64,000 bases of DNA. Origin: Eremomyces bilateralis CBS 781.70 (lineage: Eukaryota). The notes beneath the pieces are model-generated. The model worked only from the letters and a program-made list of their open reading frames with translations. It had not been told where the DNA came from and searched no databases. Positions 38,001 to 50,871 of this stretch are shown here, in pieces. The stretch lies in the NCBI GenBank assembly GCA_010015585.1, contig ML975150.1. One strand, written 5' to 3'. The position numbers and the translations under genes are program-made. The stretch's first letter is position 1; the number at the start of each line of letters is the position of its first letter.

Positions 38001-40005
38001 GACGTCTCGGACACAAGCGCAACCCGCACAGCAAGGAACGAAGCGTCCGAACGATGATGGCGCACCCGCGCAAGCGAAAGCGCCGACACCAAGCCAGGGG
38101 GGACAACGCGCGCAGGCACAAACCGGCCACCCTGCTAATATCAGTCCGGAGCAGATGAAGAAGCTGAACCCACAACAGCAGCGCGAGCAGCTGCTGAAAG
38201 CTCAAGCGATGAACCAGGAACATGCCGCCAAGGTCGCCTCGCAAGCGCAACAGGCCAGTGGAGACAGCGGCCAGGCGGTGGCACAGCGATTCATGGCGCT
38301 CTACCGCGAAATGGAGCAGCAGACTCCTCGCCGACCGGCGAATCCGGTCGATCTTCCGACGCGGAATGTGATGCAGGCAAGAGTCAACCAGGTGAAGCCG
38401 ATCCTTGCGCAGTTCGACAAGATGCTGCACGCCGTCTACTCGCAATCGAAGATGGATGAGAAGCAGGTGCGCAGTCTCATGGCGATGAAGGTCATGCTGC
38501 TGCAGAACATGAGCAAGGAGTTCGTGATTCATTCGAACGTGAACCTCTCCACCCAGGAGCTAGAGCACATTCTTCGCAAGATGGGTCAGTTCGTGCAGAT
38601 GGTCATGATGCAAATGAAGAAGGCGAAGGAGCAGCAAACCTCGCTGCAGCAAGGCCAGCCGCCACCGCCGCCGAAGCCAGAAGCAGTGCCACCACCAGCC
38701 AAGGGTCAACCAGCCACTGGCGCTGCCGGCGCTGCTCCTACTCCACAAACGCAGTTGAGCGCCGATAACCTCAAGATGCATCAAGCGGAATTGCACAAAG
38801 CGCGACGATCCTCGAAGCCTCCACCGGCACCGACGACAACCGTCGCCCCGGGGTTCCCCGTCAACTCCCCGCAAGGGGTCCCGAAATACGCGACTACCGC
38901 CCCCGAGCCACCGAATCTGAACCTACCGCCGAAGAAGAAGCAACGGTACAATACCGGGACCTCTTCCGCCCAAGGCACCCCCGGCTCCGCATCATCCCCG
39001 CAGGTTGGGAAAGGTGCCTCTCCCGACATGAAGCGCCAGCCATCGACCGACGCTGTGAAGCCCGTCGAGCCAGCGAAGCCATTCAAATGCAACGCCCCCG
39101 ACTGCGAACACGGCGCCGAAGGCTTCGCCACCGAGCACGAGCTGGAGGATCACCGCCGCGACGTGCACCACCCGCCGATCACGGACCCGCTCCAGTTCGC
39201 CATCGACAGCGTGCGAAATTGCCTCGGGCTGGACGAGCGCGGCGAGAGAAAGGCCAAAGCCGAGAAAGCGAAGGCCGCCACCAAAGCAGGCGGCGAAGCT
39301 AAAACGAAAACTGGGAAAGCTGGAAAACCTGTCAAAAGTGACGCCGGAAAATCGGACGAGGATGAGCTCGACTCCTGGTCCGACGCGCAGATCTCGCAGA
39401 GTCAGATCCGCGAACTGTTCGGCGACATCGACAGCATGAGCTCATCGGCCGCGTTCCTTAGCAGCGACGCGGTGCATGGGGGACAGGAGAACATCGATGC
39501 GAGTGCGACGATCTGGTCGTTGCGGGAACCGAATCGGACGCCGAGCCCGAGTAGCGGAGAGGACGCGAAGGATACGCCGGGGAGTAAGGAGAGCGCGGAG
39601 GCTAAGGAGAAAGAGAAGGCGGCGGGCGGGAAGGATGGGTCGGACAGGAAGAAAGATGCGGACGAGCAGGCGGGGCGGCGGAAGGATAGCGACATCTCGG
39701 AGGGAGACAACCTCACGTTGCTGATGAGCTGGACGGATTTGGCGGCGCTGGATTACGACGACCCGATGGCCGGGGCGCTGGGGATGGGCGGGGATTTCGC
39801 GGGCCTGTCGGCGCCTAACGGTGCGGACGCCACCTTGATGGACGACGCGGTCCGCGTCACTGACGTCGACATGGGGTTCCTTGACATCGACTTCGGGCAG
39901 ACGCAGGTGGTCAACGGACCGTTCGGGCGGCCGGTGGACGAGAAGGTCGACGTCATGGATTGGGAGCAGATGTTTGCGGAGGTGGACATGGAGACATTTC
40001 GATGA
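35021..40005 (+). CDS. MED15: Mediator subunit Med15/Gal11-like Q-rich coactivator, ~1573 aa; exons 35021-35151, 35214-35325, 35527-40005
   Basis: CCACC ATG start; spliced N-terminal KIX-like helices (WQQQLPVAER..IESQFCQKSPDK|QTYIAEL); long Q/M/P-rich body; Gal11-type segment IPENVKTWGQLKEWVARNP; C2H2-like FKCNAPDC..HRRDVH; acidic tail. Confidence 0.8.
35343..35460. repeat. Degenerate minisatellite (~13-17 bp, core CTCTATTCATAT) in MED15 intron 2
   Basis: cctccattcatat cctccattcatatccg cctctattgacatatca ccctattcatatctg cctctattgatatca ctctattcac. Confidence 0.75.
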
Positions 40006-42503
40006 GGCGGTTCTCTTCTAGGTTTTTCCTTTCGGGAGGGGGTTTCTTCTGTCTAATGCCTTTCACGGTATACGGATCGTCTAGGCGCCATATGGAATGG
40101 GTCCATGGATGACCTCCACGGTTATGAGATGGGCATTTGGGAAACGGGATGGGAAATAGGTCTGGGAATGAGATATCACGGTCTCCTATGGGTTTGCATG
40201 GTGTTCTTGGGAGGCACAAACAGCGTATTTTGATCTTGGGCGGGACACACCTGTATGGTATCTGCGATGCGCTCAGGATGGGAGGCATCGGACTGCGATT
40301 TTGTCTTTGGCCTCACGAGGCGGACGGATTTCACACCTTATCTGGCATTTCATTGCCCAGATGCTATTACTGAGGGCATACGTAGCATGCTTCGGCTTTC
40401 CAAAGATTAGGAAGCTGACTACATGACTTCAATCCTGCATTCTCTGATTTATCTTCGATTCCGAACTTTTCGGTGCTGCTTGTCGACATGCCATGGTGCC
40501 AACTCGCGTGCCTTGCACATTATCTTATTCAACTGCCTCTATTCTCGTCGCGCCATATCCGACATATTTGCACCACCAGCCCGGCGTCCCTCTGACCTTT
40601 GGGCGGTTGGCGCTCATTAACTTAAAGAGTGCGATCCGATATGAAGCGGTAGTCCGAGACGGATGCAAAGTCGTTGTCGTGAACCAGGCCTCGGCGGTTT
40701 TGAGGGTTGAGAATCGGATAGCTAGCTAGGGCTAAATGGAGGTTAATCGGACCGGTAGTTCATACTCGATGATGAACGCCATGCCCGGTTTCTCCACGGC
40801 TGATATTTCGCGGATAATGATTTATATGACGCGATAGTAGTGGATTGTCCATTTACAGTCAACTGAAACCTGCAGGTCTTAGTTCCTCCTTTAAGGCTAA
40901 AATTGATTGTTAGATCTGCGACCAATATGGTCTCGAGGGCAAAGGCATAATTAATCCTCAGCCGTCCCAATGTGTGCTATCTTGCTCCTCTCCTTCACAA
41001 ACCCCTATTCCTCTGTCCACCCTGTTTCATCCCCAATCCATCAATTCCTCCTTATCGATTTATGCTTCCTTATTTCGCTAAGGCTGCCATTGCCAGCCTG
41101 GCACCCCCTAATCGATCGTCATCAACAATTCATCGCCCCGGTGACTGTCCACCCATCCCCCATTCTGGCATCTTCCCCGCCATTTCCAGCCGCTATCATT
41201 CGCTGCTTTCATGCCAAACCGGCCTAGGCCCGCCTCCAAGCTTTGCTAAAAGCCCTCGGTCGAACCCCCCCTGAAACGTTCCGATTCGCTCGTGGACGCT
41301 ACCCCTAACCCCAGGAGGCAAGAAGACTCTGACTGTTGACGCATGTCATTATTGTGCCATGACGGTGATCACAGGGGCGATGGCTGTTGAGAACGAGTTT
41401 CGTAGTTCGCTTTCGTTTCATGTCTATGAAGCACTAAAGTTGCGCTGTTGAGGGTGGTTGAGGAATGAACTTTGTCGAGCCCGCGGAGTATCGGGTTGAT
41501 TACGAATCCGAGCTCACTATAAGTAGACATCCAACCGGCTACTGGATTGACCTATTAGATGGGGTTGCGTCTATAGAGTTCCGAATGCTCATTCCTTAAT
41601 CCTTCAATAATAGTTCCATACAGAGTTGAGATGCACTGACTTTCAATGATACGGTATGCCAATGGTCACTGCTTTGGGGAAAACTAAAACGTCAGAGGCG
41701 CTATCTCTAGTTAGCTTCCTACTATGTATCCGTACATCACTCTCCTTTTATCATGAATTCAGAATTTCCCATGCCTACAAGGTTCCAACTTCTAAAGCTA
41801 CTAAACCTCTCATATTCGGCCAGACCGTCACACAAAACACCTCCCAAGCTGATTACTCCAACACGCCTCGCCTAAGCCACCTTCCCCGCTCGCTTCGGAC
41901 AATCGCGTATTCAAGGAATCGACATTACGAAGCATCTTAGTTGCACTCTTTCGTCATCCGCCTCTCTCCCATCTCGACTTATCTGCGATTTAAGTTTCGT
42001 CGTCTCGATCATCGAAAGGCACGCGCCGACGCTTGTGACTGACGACATCCGGAATCTTACCCATGGATTGCGCTGGTCCCAACTAAAACCCCACAAGTTG
42101 GAGAGTTGATTGGAAGTTTGGAACTCCGCCACGCGGATCGCTACCCAACGGTTTCGGGCCCTAAGAGAACGCTGAGCTAGGAGGGTTCAACTGGAATTTG
42201 CGGGACTGATCAATCCGAGCTTTCTCACTCCTCGGACTTTGGTGGCGGGGAGCATGCTGCAGTCTGCACTCGTGGCTAATGCTTTCATGCTGACTTGCGA
42301 TACCTGTATCTGACATCCAGACCATACAAGCTGAAGTTCAGCGTTTGAAAGGCTCATCTGCATGCGCTGCACGAACATACAACCGATTTCTGGAACCTAA
42401 ACGATCGACTCAAATGACCAATGCGAACGGAGTCATGCGGACGAACCACGACCGATTTCCATCCTTCTGAGCGACAGTTCACGCATCGTGGAAGAACCAC
42501 GCA

Positions 42504-45500
42504 ATGGCTGCCAACCAGCGAACGGCCAGGCTAGATATCGAAGGAATTGAGTCGCTATATACTGGACTGGATGGATCATTAAATCTGGGGGATTATTCGA
42601 TGCCATCATCGACTCAGAATCCCCACATCGATTCTCTAATTCACGATTCACAATCTCCATCGGCCAATTCTGGAACAAGCCCGACGGTCGTGTCGACGTA
42701 CTCAGAGCGTACTTCGAATGGATCGAGAATAGGGAGGGGTATCAGACCTGGGGACATACGCGCGCCGCCTTCCCCGCGAGTGCAGACAATGTTTGAAGGA
42801 AATGGCCCGAACGCATTATCAAATCACCAAGACGAACTCATTTCGCCGACGAATCGACATCCAGCCAGATCGAGCGTATCGAGCAATACCGAAATGACAC
42901 AGTCACAGAAGATGGACATGGACGGCATAGATCGATTCGCGAGCCCGGACAGCAACGTGATCGGGGCCTTCGGCTCCAACGATGGACTGGATTTCGACGA
43001 CTCTATACTCGGCATAAACATGCGAAATGAATCACGAGGCGAGAGCGAAACTTCGAAATCAAAGAAAGACGGCAAAGAGGACGGACCGCCGACATGGACC
43101 GAGATGCGGACCAAAGCCGGCAAAGAACGAAAACGACTACCGCTCGCATGCATCGCGTGCCGACGAAAGAAGATCCGCTGCTCCGGAGAGAAGCCGGCGT
43201 GCAAGCATTGCGTGCGATCGCGGATCCCTTGCGTGTACAAAGTGACCACACGGAAAGCCGCGCCGCGGACGGACTACATGGCAATGCTAGACAAACGATT
43301 GAAAAGGATGGAGGACCGTGTCATCAAGCTCATACCGAAGGATAAAATGTCCACGGTGTCGCGGGCGGTCGTCAAACCAGCCATACCACCTCCACCAACG
43401 AAACCCACAGGTGCCCGGAAACGTGGCGCAGACGATGCGTTTGGAGATGAGCTGGACGAGCTCACAAAGCCACGCGGTGCAACGGGCGTTGGTGCAACGA
43501 ACGGTATACCGTTCAAAGGGAAAGATGCAGACGAGGTTTTACTCCTTACCGAAGGTGCGGACAGTTTGCCTTCGAAAGAACTGCAGCATCATCTTGCCGA
43601 AATTTACTTCGACTACGTCTACGGCCAGAGTTATCCGCTGCTCCACAAACCGAGCTTCATGCGGAAGTTGAATCAGGGTAGCGTGCCGCCGGTGCTAATG
43701 CTCGCCATGTGTGCAATCTCGGCGAGATTCTCAACACATCCGCAACTACGCAGTGAACCGGCCTTCCTTCGTGGTGACCAATGGGCGGCGCCGGCAAGAG
43801 AAATCGCCTTGAAACAGTACGATTCGCCGAACATCACGATTCTTATCGTCTATCTACTGCTCGGACTTCACGACTTCGGAACATGCCAAGGTGGCAGGAG
43901 CTGGATGTTCGGCGGCATGGCACAGCGGATGGCGTACGCGTTGCAGCTTCACAAAGATCTGGACCATGATCCGCTGGCGAAGGATAAAGAACACGCAAAA
44001 TTGAGCAACACCGATCGGGAGATACGACGGCGGACAATGTGGTCGTGCTTTCTAATGGACCGGTTCAACTCTTCAGGGACGGATCGACCGCTGTTTATGA
44101 ACGAACGGTATATCAAGGCGCGACTTCCAATCAAAGAGCATTACTTTACGATGGAGATATCCGGCCCAACGGAAGATATGGATGGAACGGTTCGAACCCC
44201 CACACCGGATGGTACTGGCCAAGCGTCCGATGCCCGGCTCAACATGGGGGTATCTGCCTACGTCATCCGGCTTGTCGCCATATGGGGCCAGGTCGTGAAG
44301 TACATCAACCTAGGGGGCAAGGAGAAAGATCCATATCCAGTGTGGGATCCCAAATCGGGTTTCCACAATCTCAAGTTGAAAGCAGAGGCGTTCAAGAAGC
44401 GCCTACCGGAACACATGCATTACAATGCGGAGAACCTGCAGAACCACGCAAGCGAGCACATCTCCAACCAATTCATTTTCCTCCACATCATCTACCACCA
44501 GATCATCCTCTTCATGAATCGATTCGCCCTTCCTCCGAGTCCTCCGGATCGGCGACCCAAGGAGATGCCTCGTGAGTTCCTTCAAATGAGCGCACGCGCC
44601 GCCTTCGATGCATCGAATCAAATTAGTTTATTAATCAAAGACGCGATGGACCATCTCGTCGTCGCACCGTTCGCTGGGTACGCCGCGTTCTTCTCCAGCA
44701 CCGTCCACGTGCACGGTGTTTTCTCGAAGAACGCCTCCCTCGTCTCCGCGAGCAAACAATACCTCGGATATAATGTCAAATATCTCAGCAAGATGAAGAA
44801 GCATTGGGGCATGTTCTACTGGGTGGCCGAAAATCTCAAGGAACTCTATCGACAGCAGGCAGACCATGCCATGCGTGGACCGCAGGCGGGAGGCGCCAAA
44901 TCGGGGCAGATCAACATTTTCCAGTACGGCGACTGGTTCGATCGATACCCGCACGGGGTGTCACAGACTGACTATGAGGACCCGGCGGCGAAGTCGCAAC
45001 TAGAGCCTGGCGACGAAGGGGTTCTCGGCCAGAAGAGCGATCTGCAGAGCGTGGAAGAGTTCTTCGCAACCCTTCCGAAGAGGACCGGGCCGGCGCAGAA
45101 AGGCGCAAAGAAGAGCCGGGCGGCTCTCGCGGCGAAGAAAGCCGCCGCGAACGCTCCACCAGAGGTGCAGAAGCGGGACTCGGAGTCTGTGCCGCAGAAC
45201 ATACATCACTCTGCCGAAGAGCAACAAATGCTTGCCAACCCGTTCGGGGTCCACAACGATCCCCTCGACCCTCCCGCCCTCTCCGACTTTTCTCAAATGC
45301 CTGACAACCCACTCTTCCCGTACATCCCCCAACAACCCCAAGCATCCAACCACCTATACCCCTCACCGACCACCTCCCAACTGCCGAACCTAGGCCCCAC
45401 CTACCCACCGGAAACCCCCGCCAACAACACGCTCTGGAACCTGGACTTCGGGCCCATCGGCACGGGACACGCGGGGACGAACTTCTTCGCGGATCCGAGC

Positions 45501-45668
45501 ACGGCGTATTTCATGCCGTTTAATTTGGATCCGCCCACGGATATGGACGTCGGCGCAGGGGAGGGGTTTGGGATTTTGGAGATGGGGATGGGGATCAGTG
45601 CGGGGGGGTGGGGGTTTGAGGGGATGGGGTCGATGGAGCAGACGGGTGCGGATGGGACCGGGCAGTGA
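42504..45668 (+). CDS. Zn(II)2Cys6 transcription factor with fungal-specific TF (middle homology) domain, 1054 aa
   Basis: ACIACRRKKIRCSGEKPACKHCVRSRIPCVY binuclear cluster plus coiled coil; YPLLHKPSF, GMAQRMAYALQLH, EIRRRTMWSCFLMDR motifs; intronless. Confidence 0.95.
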   Translation: MAANQRTARLDIEGIESLYTGLDGSLNLGDYSMPSSTQNPHIDSLIHDSQSPSANSGTSPTVVSTYSERTSNGSRIGRGIRPGDIRAPPSPRVQTMFEGNGPNALSNHQDELISPTNRHPARSSVSSNTEMTQSQKMDMDGIDRFASPDSNVIGAFGSNDGLDFDDSILGINMRNESRGESETSKSKKDGKEDGPPTWTEMRTKAGKERKRLPLACIACRRKKIRCSGEKPACKHCVRSRIPCVYKVTTRKAAPRTDYMAMLDKRLKRMEDRVIKLIPKDKMSTVSRAVVKPAIPPPPTKPTGARKRGADDAFGDELDELTKPRGATGVGATNGIPFKGKDADEVLLLTEGADSLPSKELQHHLAEIYFDYVYGQSYPLLHKPSFMRKLNQGSVPPVLMLAMCAISARFSTHPQLRSEPAFLRGDQWAAPAREIALKQYDSPNITILIVYLLLGLHDFGTCQGGRSWMFGGMAQRMAYALQLHKDLDHDPLAKDKEHAKLSNTDREIRRRTMWSCFLMDRFNSSGTDRPLFMNERYIKARLPIKEHYFTMEISGPTEDMDGTVRTPTPDGTGQASDARLNMGVSAYVIRLVAIWGQVVKYINLGGKEKDPYPVWDPKSGFHNLKLKAEAFKKRLPEHMHYNAENLQNHASEHISNQFIFLHIIYHQIILFMNRFALPPSPPDRRPKEMPREFLQMSARAAFDASNQISLLIKDAMDHLVVAPFAGYAAFFSSTVHVHGVFSKNASLVSASKQYLGYNVKYLSKMKKHWGMFYWVAENLKELYRQQADHAMRGPQAGGAKSGQINIFQYGDWFDRYPHGVSQTDYEDPAAKSQLEPGDEGVLGQKSDLQSVEEFFATLPKRTGPAQKGAKKSRAALAAKKAAANAPPEVQKRDSESVPQNIHHSAEEQQMLANPFGVHNDPLDPPALSDFSQMPDNPLFPYIPQQPQASNHLYPSPTTSQLPNLGPTYPPETPANNTLWNLDFGPIGTGHAGTNFFADPSTAYFMPFNLDPPTDMDVGAGEGFGILEMGMGISAGGWGFEGMGSMEQTGADGTGQ

Positions 45669-46305
45669 AATGGAGAGATGGGGAGGTAAGGAGTGCGTGA
45701 AGAGAACGGCTTGATTTCTGTAAGCTGATTCGGGAACATAATTCCATTGCATATGCGTGTAGGTCGGGAACATATGATGATGGACACGATGGTTGCTGGA
45801 AAGGATATCTCGGTTTCAACATGGTTAGTCGCCATGGGATTGTTGGAGGGTTGGTAACATGTACAACCATAGTTAAGCAGCGACTGGATCTTGAATCAAT
45901 ATCAATCAGTTGTACAGTAATTGAGATGGACTGTGACTCTCTGTTTCTCTCTCCTTCAGTGCCCTTAATACAGTAATTAGCCCGTGTGAATGGTCGTCGC
46001 GTCATCTGATTGGCTCCTGTGGAATTCCATCACATCAGCGGGTGATCATTCCCAAATCCACGTTGATTAACTCCCGCCCTACCTTAGCAATCATATCACG
46101 CAAGGTTTGAGTCATACCAATCCATTGCAGCGTTCAGTTCGAATCCTTCGTCGAGAAGAGCTTCACTACTTCTTCTAATCCTTGATCTTCGTCTACGAGT
46201 GAAGGGGGTTGTTACGAACAACCCGTCTCCAGTCACGGTTGATGTCGCCATTAGGGCCGAATCTCCAATACCGTTAACATCTAGTTCAGCCGTTGAGGTG
46301 CCACC

Positions 46306-48140
46306 ATGGCCGGTCAAGAGCCTCTCCTCTCCCAACGACCCTCCTCTGAACACTCCTCCGACCGCGGCCTTGCCGAAGAAGATGCCCTCCTCAGCGGCGA
46401 ACCGCAACAGCGTTCCCCCCCCCGCCGCGGATGGAAGTTCTACCGCGACCTAGGCCTCTTCGCCTGGGCCACCATCGCCACTGCCCTCGTCATCATCCTC
46501 GCCGTCGTCTATCAGCAGAAAGTCTCTCAGTCGACCCCCTCTCCCCCGTCCGGCAAGCGGAACCTGATCTTCATGGTCTCCGACGGCATGGGCCCCACGA
46601 GCATGACGATGGCCCGCTCGTTCCAGCAGTACCGCGACGGCCTACCCTGGTCGCAGCAGCTCGTCCTCGATCAGCACCTCGTCGGCACGAGCCGCACGCG
46701 AAGCAGCTCTAGCCTCGTCACCGACTCCGCCGCCGGCGCGACCGCGTTCAGCTGCGGGTTCAAGAGCTACAACGGGGCGATCTCCGTGCTGGAGGGCCAC
46801 ACCCCGTGCGGGACGGTGCTCGAGGCGGCGAAGCGAGCGGGGTATATGACCGGGCTGGTGGTGACGACGCGGATCACGGACGCGACGCCGGCGGTGTGGG
46901 CGTCGCATGTGAACATGCGGAGTGAGGAGGATCGGATCGCGGAGCAGCTGATCGGGCGGGCGCACCCGCTGGGGCGGGTAGTGGATTTAATGATTGGTGG
47001 GGGGAGATGTCATTTCTTGCCGAACACAACGGTGGGCTCATGTAGAGAGGACGGGACGGATGTGGTGGGGATGGCGAAGGAGGATGGGTGGCAGTACGTG
47101 GATGATCTGGAGGGGTTCAGGAAGTTGAAGGGTGGTGCGGCGGTGGACCTGCCGCTTTTGGCGTTGGTTGCGGAGACGGATGTGCCGTATGAGATTGATC
47201 GGAGGCATCAGGAAGATGTTTATCCGAGCTTGGATGCCATGGCGAATGTCGCTCTCAAGACGTTGAGCGAGGCGACTAAGTCGTCCGACAAAGGGTTCTT
47301 CCTGATGGTCGAGGGCAGCAGGATCGATCATGCGGGTCATGCAAACGACCCCGCCGCTCAAGTCCATGAGGTCCTTGCTTACGACAAGACAATTGCAAGT
47401 GTTCTGGAATTCCTCGACCGCGATCCTGTCCAGGGTGTGATGGTGAGCACAAGCGACCATGAAACCGGTGGACTGGCCACCGCAAGACGTAAGTAGAAGA
47501 CTGCGATTAGGATTCGACACGTTCGCTGACTTGCACTTCAGAGCTCCATGACGAGTATCCACAATACCTCTGGTATCCTTCCGTCCTCGCGAACGCTTCT
47601 CACAGCGCCTCCGAACTCGCCCATACCTACCACGCTGAGCTGGACACCAACCCTTCTCTGAAAGTGAGCCCGTATCTCAACGACTTGGTTGAAAAGGGGT
47701 TCGGGATCACCGATCCGTCCCACGACGAAATCCAGGCACTGGTCGACTCCCCTGATGTCGCCAGTCTACTCTTCGCTGATATGGTCTCCCGTCGCGCCCA
47801 GACCGGTTGGAGCACCCTTGGCCACTCGGGCGCCGATGTTAACATCTACGCCAGCGACGTTGATGCTGCCAGACCACTGGTGGGTAACCATGAGAACACA
47901 GAAGTTGGCGACTTCCTCCGAGATTATCTCGACCTAGACCTAGAACCTATCACCACGGAGTTGAATGAGAAGGGTGCTGCGATGGACGCCCAGCATGCGG
48001 AAGTGGATGCGTTGGGAAAGAAGGTTAGCTGGATGGGAAGGATTCCGGAGATGGATGAACGCTTGGATAATATTGATCACCAAGAACACTATCTGGGGGA
48101 CTTCAAGAAGCACAAGAGGTGTAATGCTTGCGGTATCTAG
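46306..48140 (+). CDS. PHO8: Repressible vacuolar-type alkaline phosphatase, ~593 aa; exons 46306-47488, 47542-48140
   Basis: N-terminal EPLL/EDALL dileucine-like signals and TM anchor; NLIFMVSDGMG, catalytic VTDSAAGATAF, FLMVEGSRIDHAGH, TSDHETGG, GWSTLGHSGADV. Confidence 0.95.
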
Positions 48141-48655
48141 GTTGTCCATATCCGATCCGGAGGAAATCAGTTTGTAGTCTTCGATCCTAGATCTACGGCG
48201 TTCATGCAGGCATTGAGGAGCGTTTGAGCCATTCTGGATATGCAATTAATGGGTACATATATATGTGTTTTAAGTGGCGTTTAGGTCTCATCTAGCAAAG
48301 CCACGATGCTATTCCACAAATGATGCAGTTGAGTTTCCATTCTCTGCCAGTTAGTGACAAGTCTTCATTATGAGATCCTCTTTTTGTCCCCATACATGAC
48401 TATGAATGGCGCTCCTGGATGCCCCAGCCTCGGATTTCGCTATTCCGGCAGCCCCCGGGAAAGTTGCGAGAGACCTCGTGTTGAGGGGGGCCCATGGTGA
48501 AGTCGTTGCCAGTGGAAAGCCAACGGCAGGGAACAGGATACGAATTTCTTTTATCGACTGGCCTGGAGCCATCCTCAAAACCATCATGTTGTCATGTAAC
48601 CCATGAATATGTCGTTCTGTCAAACCCGAATCTTCTCTTCGGTTCTCCATGTCCA

Positions 48656-48889
48656 TCACGTAGACCATTGTGGATCCAAAATGAACTGAAAACACTTCGG
48701 GCAAAAACCGTTGAATGGTCTTATTAGGGCCTGAGTGCAATTGGGAGACGGATCGGTGAATGGTACATATGGTGCATCATACTCTGTCCAGATACGGTCC
48801 ATCTGATTCTGGACAGCGGCACAGAATTGGCCCCGCTGGGTGTAGGTACAGCCGCAGAGGACAAAACGGGTGATGTGGAGGATACACAT
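48656..48889 (-). CDS. Small Cys-rich protein, 77 aa (MCILHITRFVLCGC...FCPKC...)
   Basis: ACA ATG context; MC-x9-CGC ... C ... C ... CxxC pattern typical of small fungal putative zinc-binding proteins; no signal peptide. Confidence 0.6.
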   Translation of the reverse strand: MCILHITRFVLCGCTYTQRGQFCAAVQNQMDRIWTEYDAPYVPFTDPSPNCTQALIRPFNGFCPKCFQFILDPQWST

Positions 48890-50871
48890 TGGGACTGTCG
48901 TAAGGGGCTTCTTGTAAAATGGTCGGTGATGTTTTCTACTGCGGTTAAGAAAAGAATGGCCCCATTCTGACTGCTTTAACGTACCAGTCAAAGAGATGTG
49001 TACCGGATGGGTGCGGCGTGTATTTTCAAAATACCTTGCGGTCAGAGGTTTGCTGAAACGATCGTGTGAAATGGAGGAGAATAGAGTGATAACGAAGGAA
49101 AACATCCGAGCCAAATGGAAAATGAATAGGTGAATGGGGATAATATGTTGATTTATCTCACACCTTCCCAGTCTGCGTTTCAGTCAATATCACCACATGA
49201 TGATAGGTTCTTGGAGTCGCGCTCCAGTGCAGCATAGCTAGAAGAGTTCTAGCAATGACTCCTCAGTTAGGTTCAGATCCATATAGCAGCTTCTGATAGG
49301 ACTCCATACAAACTGTGTGTTTGTCCCGAAGATCCTACAAGTTCATTGTGAACAAATCAATAATGAGGTCGGTGAGCGATTGAGGCTTCAAAGAATGAAG
49401 CAGAGGAATAAGCAGAGGTGTACATGGTGAATGTAACCTGCACGATAAACCATTCTCTCCAAGCGTGAATTGAGGTCAAAGTTACACGGAAAGACACAGC
49501 CGCCTCCAGCATCATCGGGATGTCGCCCGGACAATTGGTCAAACCGTCCGCTGGCGTGATGGTGGAGTGGTTAAGAAAGACGTCAAGGCGGAATTGAGCA
49601 GGAGATATCTCAAACGCGTATTGCTCGCGACAACGTCCTAGCGAGGCACTGCACGGCCGCATTATATTGGTCGGGAGTGGCTGTATGAAACTGGTTTGTA
49701 CTTTACGCAGCAAATCGGCATGCTGGGTGTTGGTCATACTGGCAAACAAACGTCGACGGAGAGTCCGGCGCGAACATTGAAATGAAAACAATAGGCTAGG
49801 AAAGGGCCAGTATCTCCCCTGAAAACTAGGCCGGGTACCATATAGTCATGAGCCGGAAGTGTAATGGCAGTTATGAGTAGTCAGTGAGAGCGTGGAAGTT
49901 GGTGAAGTAGAGCGGAATTCCGCTGACCGTGGGACTGCTCTGCAGTATGAGTTGCAAACTAAGAAGTTGAGATCACAAGAGTATTAATAGCATCATCCGG
50001 GCGCGAAAAGAAACATATAAGTGATTGTACTGGTAGGAATAAGGAAGATATCCGGACAGGTGGCCAGTGCTCCTAGAGTATCCATAACTGAGATTGGAGA
50101 AATGGAGAATGGAGACTGGACGCTTAAAGGAACGAGACTGAGGCACTGGACCTCAAGAAAGGCATGCTGCCAATAAATCCACTCCCACCATGTAACACTG
50201 ATTCCTCTTTGAAGCAGATATCATATGGCTCTCCTTTGATGTGGTGTCCCTTCTCACCAGTGGCATCGGGCCACACTGCATACTGGTAGACAGGACCGCA
50301 CTTCATGGCATCACATGATGTTCGAAAGGTTCCTTCCACGGATCTCCTAAATTACGGACAGAATTTAGAATGAGAATGTGTCTCAGTTAAGAAGCTGATG
50401 ACTAGTGTTTAGATAAACTTGCTCGAGGAATTGATCACCAGCGATTCTTCCAACGCGACATCAGACATGACAACGCAATATGCACGAGTCACCGCGTCAA
50501 CAACGTACGGTTTCGGCCATGGTTATCATCTATTTCAACTCAGAAAGCGGGCATCATCACCATCATCATCATTCATCACAGTCCTCAGCCACCTCAGAAT
50601 AAAACAACTGGATCTTGACCGAAGCTATGGCTGATAGGACGACCTCTTGTGGGGAGGGGGTTTGCAAGTACTGAACACAGTGCTGATCAAACCGAGAGCA
50701 TCTACCCCTCCATCGAATTGCCGTCACCGAGGACGACAGTGAGGTAGAGTACTAGAGTTACAAGTAGATATTAAGCTCTGCCAATGATAGAACTCGTGCT
50801 GGAGATAAAGTCTCATTTTCATCGTTGTTCTTATTTGTTTCATTTAGTCACTTGTTTTCAATATCTTCATT

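Noticed and set aside
36892..38532. 546-aa antisense ORF inside MED15 (and similar antisense ORFs in CDC27, ArgRS, PHO8 and the 7769 gene)
   Set aside because: Shadow of codon bias and CAG/CAA-rich sense coding; Leu-rich and without domains.
46130..46150. Second GTTCGAATCC tRNA-like motif
   Set aside because: No cloverleaf; it lies in the PHO8 upstream region.
49357..50339. Two minus-strand ORFs (144 and 71 aa) as a gene
   Set aside because: No recognisable motif, consistent splice structure or codon bias; may be debris.
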